DNA of 64,000 nucleotides from Macrostomum lignano (taxonomy: Eukaryota): assembly GCA_002269645.1 (NCBI GenBank), contig NIVC01000989.1, positions 327,627 to 391,626 of the forward strand. The letters run 5' to 3'. Of this stretch, positions 59,832 to 64,000 are shown in pieces. Position 1 is the first letter of the stretch; each line of letters starts with the position of its first letter. The position numbers and the translations under genes are program-made. The notes beneath the pieces are model-generated. The model saw nothing but the letters and a program-made list of their open reading frames with translations. It was not told where the DNA came from and did not search any database.

Positions 59832-61896
59832 ATGCTTTGGCAGCAACTTAACACTGCGGTGTTTCTCACTCTGCTGAATTTAACCGCAGCAGTTGAATAT
59901 TCCAGCGATGGTGGAGTGCGCATTCCCGGCGACCTCATTCTGGGCGGCCTGTTCCCTGTCACCCACGACAGAGATTTACCCAGTGCCGCCTACAGCGAGC
60001 GAGGCATCAGCGCTTGGAAGCGATGATTTATAGCTTGATGGAGATTAATTCCGACCCCAGACTGCTCAGGTACGGCCGGCACAAGATCGTCCTTGGCGGT
60101 CGGCTGTTTGACACGGGCGCGAGCGCTAAGAGAGCTGTTCGGCGAGCGTTGACATTTCTGCCTGGTCGTCAAGAAGGCGCAAACAGCAACGGATCACAGG
60201 AAGAGAATACGGATTATTTCTGTCCTCAGGAAAACGGGACTTTTGCACCAGCAGTTCGTATAAAATCTGTTTTCAACTCCATGTCAGCAGGCGCAGTGCT
60301 TGGCGTTGTTGGTGCTACGTACAGCGCAATTACGCAGAAGGTTACGGAGCTGCTTGGGCTGTTTAATCTTCCAGTTATGAGCTATTCCTCATCATCCACA
60401 ACTCTAAGCGACAAAAGAAGATTTCCGCTGTTTGCCCGGCCGCTTCCATCCGACTCGGAGCAGGGCGAAGTGCTGGCAGACATTGTGGCTCATTTTGGGC
60501 GGTGGAACTACGTGGATGTTATCTATACAGACAGCATCTACTCGGAAATGGCGGTAAGGTCATTTGAGAAGAGCATCCAAGCACGCAATATCTGCATTGC
60601 GGAAAGGGTCCGTCTGTCCTGGCGGCCTCGATCTATCGAACTAACTCGCGTCATTAACCATCTGAAATCGCTGACTAGATTCCGTGTCGTCCTACTCTTC
60701 CTTGATATGGAACAGATCAAACTGTTTCTCAGTGCAGCTGGTAAAGCTGGTCTTCGCCCTGGCAAGTTCGTTCTGATTTCGTTGGACTCATGGGATATGA
60801 GCTCTTTGCAACAAATCGATTCAATCGCCAGAGGTTCCATCATAATTGATTTGAACGTTCCTAAGCATCCAACATTCGATCAGTACTTCACGTCCCTGCG
60901 ACCTCGCCAGCTTCGAACTATCGATATGAAAGGCGCCATTTCTGAGGCGACCTTTTTCAACCGTTACTTTGACGACTTCTGGCAGCAGAAGTTCAATTGT
61001 TCCCTCGACCAGAACGCTGCTAAAACCAGGGCCGGAGTGCGATTATTCTGTGCCGATAGTCTGCGATTCGATTTGAGTCAATTTCAACAACAATGGAAAG
61101 TTCAGTATGTTAGCGATGCTGTGTACACTTTTGCACGCGCTCTAGACCACGCGATGAAGCTGGTTTGCACTCCTCAAAATCCTGACTATGACTCTAAGGC
61201 CAGCGTAGACTTTAACGACTGCGTGAGGAATATCACGGAGTTTCCTGGAGACGAACTGTACCGAATTCTTATCTCAAAAAATAATTCATCTGTCAGTGAG
61301 TGCTTTTTAACGTGTTCATTAAATATAATAGGTAAAATAGGCATTCGCAATAAGAAGGAGCTGTGAGAATTTATTGTGGGCACATCATCCCAAACTAGCT
61401 GCAAGGCAATTTCTTTAATTCCACTGACCTCGCACTCGTGCACACGCTCACATAGGGTGTACAACAGCAGGCCCCGACTTCCTAATCATTGGGCATGTAC
61501 GCTCTCTGTGCCTCGGTGGTTGGCCCTCATGGTGTGAATGAAGTCCCAAATGAGTGCGGCTGTGCAGGGAATCCACAATTTTACAAATAATGAAACACTC
61601 TGGCTTTAATTTCAAGACAGTGCTGGCGCGACAGTGGAATACAACAACCGCGGTGACGCCTTGGGTTCCTATACAGTTTACAACTACCAAGCAAACTCAA
61701 GTACGGGCTTGTTTGAGTACGCACCGGTGGGCTCGTGGAGTGCCAACTCAGGACTCGACATAAGCGCGCAAGATATCCAGTGGCCTAGTGGTGGCAGCGA
61801 ACCACCGAACTCCGTTTGCAGCGAGGCTTGTCCTGACGGTATGGCTAAGGTCAAACTCAGCGGTTTAGCACGTGACAAATGCTGTTGGTCTTGCAG
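59832..61896 (+). CDS. Metabotropic glutamate receptor-like class C GPCR, N-terminal part. Exons 59832-61295 (1-bp frameshift at ~59960-60010) and 61617-61896; the 7TM region lies beyond
   Basis: Signal peptide, IPGDLILGGLFPV, QRLEAM, GATYS, SY...LSDK.RFP.FAR..PSD, WNYV, Venus flytrap domain, and the Cys-rich start SVCSEACP...CCWSC. Confidence 0.88.
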
Positions 61897-62139
61897 GTAA
61901 CATCGACCAACCTGCTAATTAATTTTATCTCACAATTGAATTGATAAAAGTTTAACATTTTAATTATCGATGCGTTAATTTAGCGTAAGCTGCACTTGAA
62001 TAGGCTGATTGAGTCGCATTATAAGAAAATAAAATAGAAATTATCCAGTTATATTATTCTGTTTAACAAGACATTTATAGGTTTATCGAACGCTTTTTAC
62101 AACATTAAATTTCATTATCAAACTAGCTCAACAAAAGTC

Positions 62140-62191
<52 letters not shown>

Positions 62192-62465
62192 GTTACGCCC
62201 CACGCCAGCCACAGAAGTGGCCAAAAGGGGGGAGCGTCCTGCAGCGGCTCTGGGCAGTAGGCTTCGGCCCGGATGACATGTCCGGCCAGCCGCAGGCGCC
62301 GCTGACTCAGCAGGGCAGAAGGCCGCGTCAGGCCTGTGCGCTTGTACAGGGACTCGGTTGTCTCGCTGCCAGGGCCGCGGCGGGCGCCGAAAGCGCGCGG
62401 ACTAGGGCCGCATGTGCCGCGTCGAGCTGCGCCTCAAGCGCCCCGGTCAGCGTCCAGGTCTCAGC
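62140..62465 (-). mobile_element. 5'-truncated RTE-like LINE with (TAT)n tail and TSD AAAGTCAATAA
   Basis: Minus strand AETWTLTGALEAQLDAAHAALVR...ESLYKRTGL...RRLRLAGHVIR. (AAT)~17 at 62140-62190. TSD at 62134-62144 and 62466-62476. Confidence 0.88.
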
Positions 62466-63289
62466 AAAGTCAATAAATATATTTGCTTGTGATTTACACA
62501 ATACGATCTAAAGTACTCGTAGGGTCCTAGTGCGATTTAACCTGAAGTCAGTGTCTTCTTTACAAACAGTTACATCAATGATTTACATGCATTTGCAGTA
62601 GGTATTTGATGCACCAAAATAGAGTAACAATCTGTACTGAATGAGCAAAGTTGATTTTTATCGCAACCGAAAGTTGTATTTTCCATACATCAGTTATTTT
62701 GCGTCGCTCGCTTGAGTACGAGCGTACAAATTGTTGAAAAAGTCGGTGTACAACAGGGCCGTGTGTGGACAGTACTTACGAGTACAGCTTTTCAGATTAT
62801 TAGATTAAGTCCAAAAGTTAAAGAATTTCTCTTGGATACACATTTCAAGGACTATGAAAAAAGAAGGACCGGAAAAAATATGTTATTGTTATGATAGGAG
62901 ACAGACCCAATATTCATCTTTTGATATTTCTTGTCTTTTTTATAGCTCTACTTGGTATTCATAGAGCTTTTCGTCCAGAAAATTATGATTCTATATTACG
63001 AGCGTAACTTTATATCTTACGCACCATCCTATGCTCGTACATTACGATCATAAGGTAAGGCGCAAATTTTAGACATCTTTAGCTATTGTTTATCAGTAGG
63101 AATAGCTACGCTCTTACCAATCCATTTTCCGCCCGTCGAACTAACATGGGGCGACTCTCCCAGAATTTTTTTGCTGCACCAGAACGAAGCAACGCAGGCA
63201 CACGAAGTAACTTTGTGGGCTAACTTTGTGTTGCGCGCCATCTTAAACAAGAAAAAGCATATTCAAAAATTTTGACAGAAGTTCGAAGT

Positions 63290-64000
63290 ATTCAATACAC
63301 CCCTTGTAAGCAGGCAACCCTTTGTGCTGCCTGCTAGCTTTGCGCTCCCACTGGACAAGCCGCTCCCAGCTGAGAAGGACTTCTGCACCAGACCAGTCAC
63401 CACGGAGGACGTTGTGCTGTACGCTCGGAAAACACCAGGCGGCAAGGCGCTCGGCCCCGACGAGGTCCCGGTCGAGGCGCTGCGGCTCCGCTGTGTGGCC
63501 TCCCAGGTCACAGGCGTCATGAACCGCGTGCTTGCCGGCGCTCCTACGCCCACCAAGTGAACCGTTGCACACATTGTACCGATCCCAAAGTAGGCAGGGA
63601 AAACGCAGAAAGAAGACCACCGCGGGATCTCGCTGATGTCCTGCACCGCGATGCTCCTTCAACCGGCTGCTGCTCGATCGCCTGCAGTCGGTGCTGGACC
63701 CGAACCTGCGGCACGAGCAGAACGGATTCCGGCCGCAACGCGGTACAGTGACACAGATCCTCGCTACCTCCGCCGGGTCATCGAGGAGGCGCGCATGCGC
63801 CAGTCTACGCGCTGATCATTGTCTTCGTTGACTTTCGAAAGGCGTTTGACTCGGTGTTGAGAGCCGGCGCTTCCTTTGTCCTTCGAGTCTTGCCGGGTCC
63901 CACAGCAGCTAATCGACGCCTGTCATGGCGCTGTATCGCGACACTCGAGCTGCTGTGGGCCTGTCTGACCTGTTCGATACTTCATCAGAGAGTTCTGCGG
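63290..64000 (+). mobile_element. RTE-like LINE reverse transcriptase fragment, multiply frameshifted, runs off the window
   Basis: GKALGPDEVP, IVPIPK, RGISLMS, EQNGFR, RRVIEE, VFVDFRKAFDSV motifs spread across frames. Confidence 0.9.

Overview
Eukaryotic (animal) genomic DNA, intron-rich and very rich in repeats. The overall style resembles a free-living flatworm such as Macrostomum, but that is an inference. Genes reconstructed by hand from splice sites and motifs: (1) the 3' exons of neurofibromin NF1 (+, stop at 12976); (2) a divergent six-exon AGC/PKA-like kinase (+, 3149-8660) that appears nested on the same strand inside an NF1 intron; (3) V-ATPase subunit e (-, three small exons missed by the ORF track); (4) BAG6 (-, seven exons, 45332->24909); (5) a two-exon clan-2 cytochrome P450 lacking the N-terminal membrane anchor; (6) a frameshifted C-type lectin; (7) the 5' exons of a metabotropic glutamate receptor-like GPCR with a frameshift. 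The dominant non-genic structure is a 13.35-kb head-to-tail pair of non-autonomous Helitrons in BAG6 intron 1. Each carries a tRNA-like segment and two internal satellites, and the 23-bp satellite has grown nested higher-order repeats (437, ~670, 1863 and 1937 bp). Also present: a mariner derivative encoding only the HTH region, a Merlin derivative, several hAT/P-like MITE families with target-site duplications (TSDs), an integrase-only Gypsy derivative, an IS630/Tc1 relic, two RTE-like LINE pieces, and a different minisatellite in many introns. No CRISPR array or rRNA is present and no intact tRNA gene was recognised.
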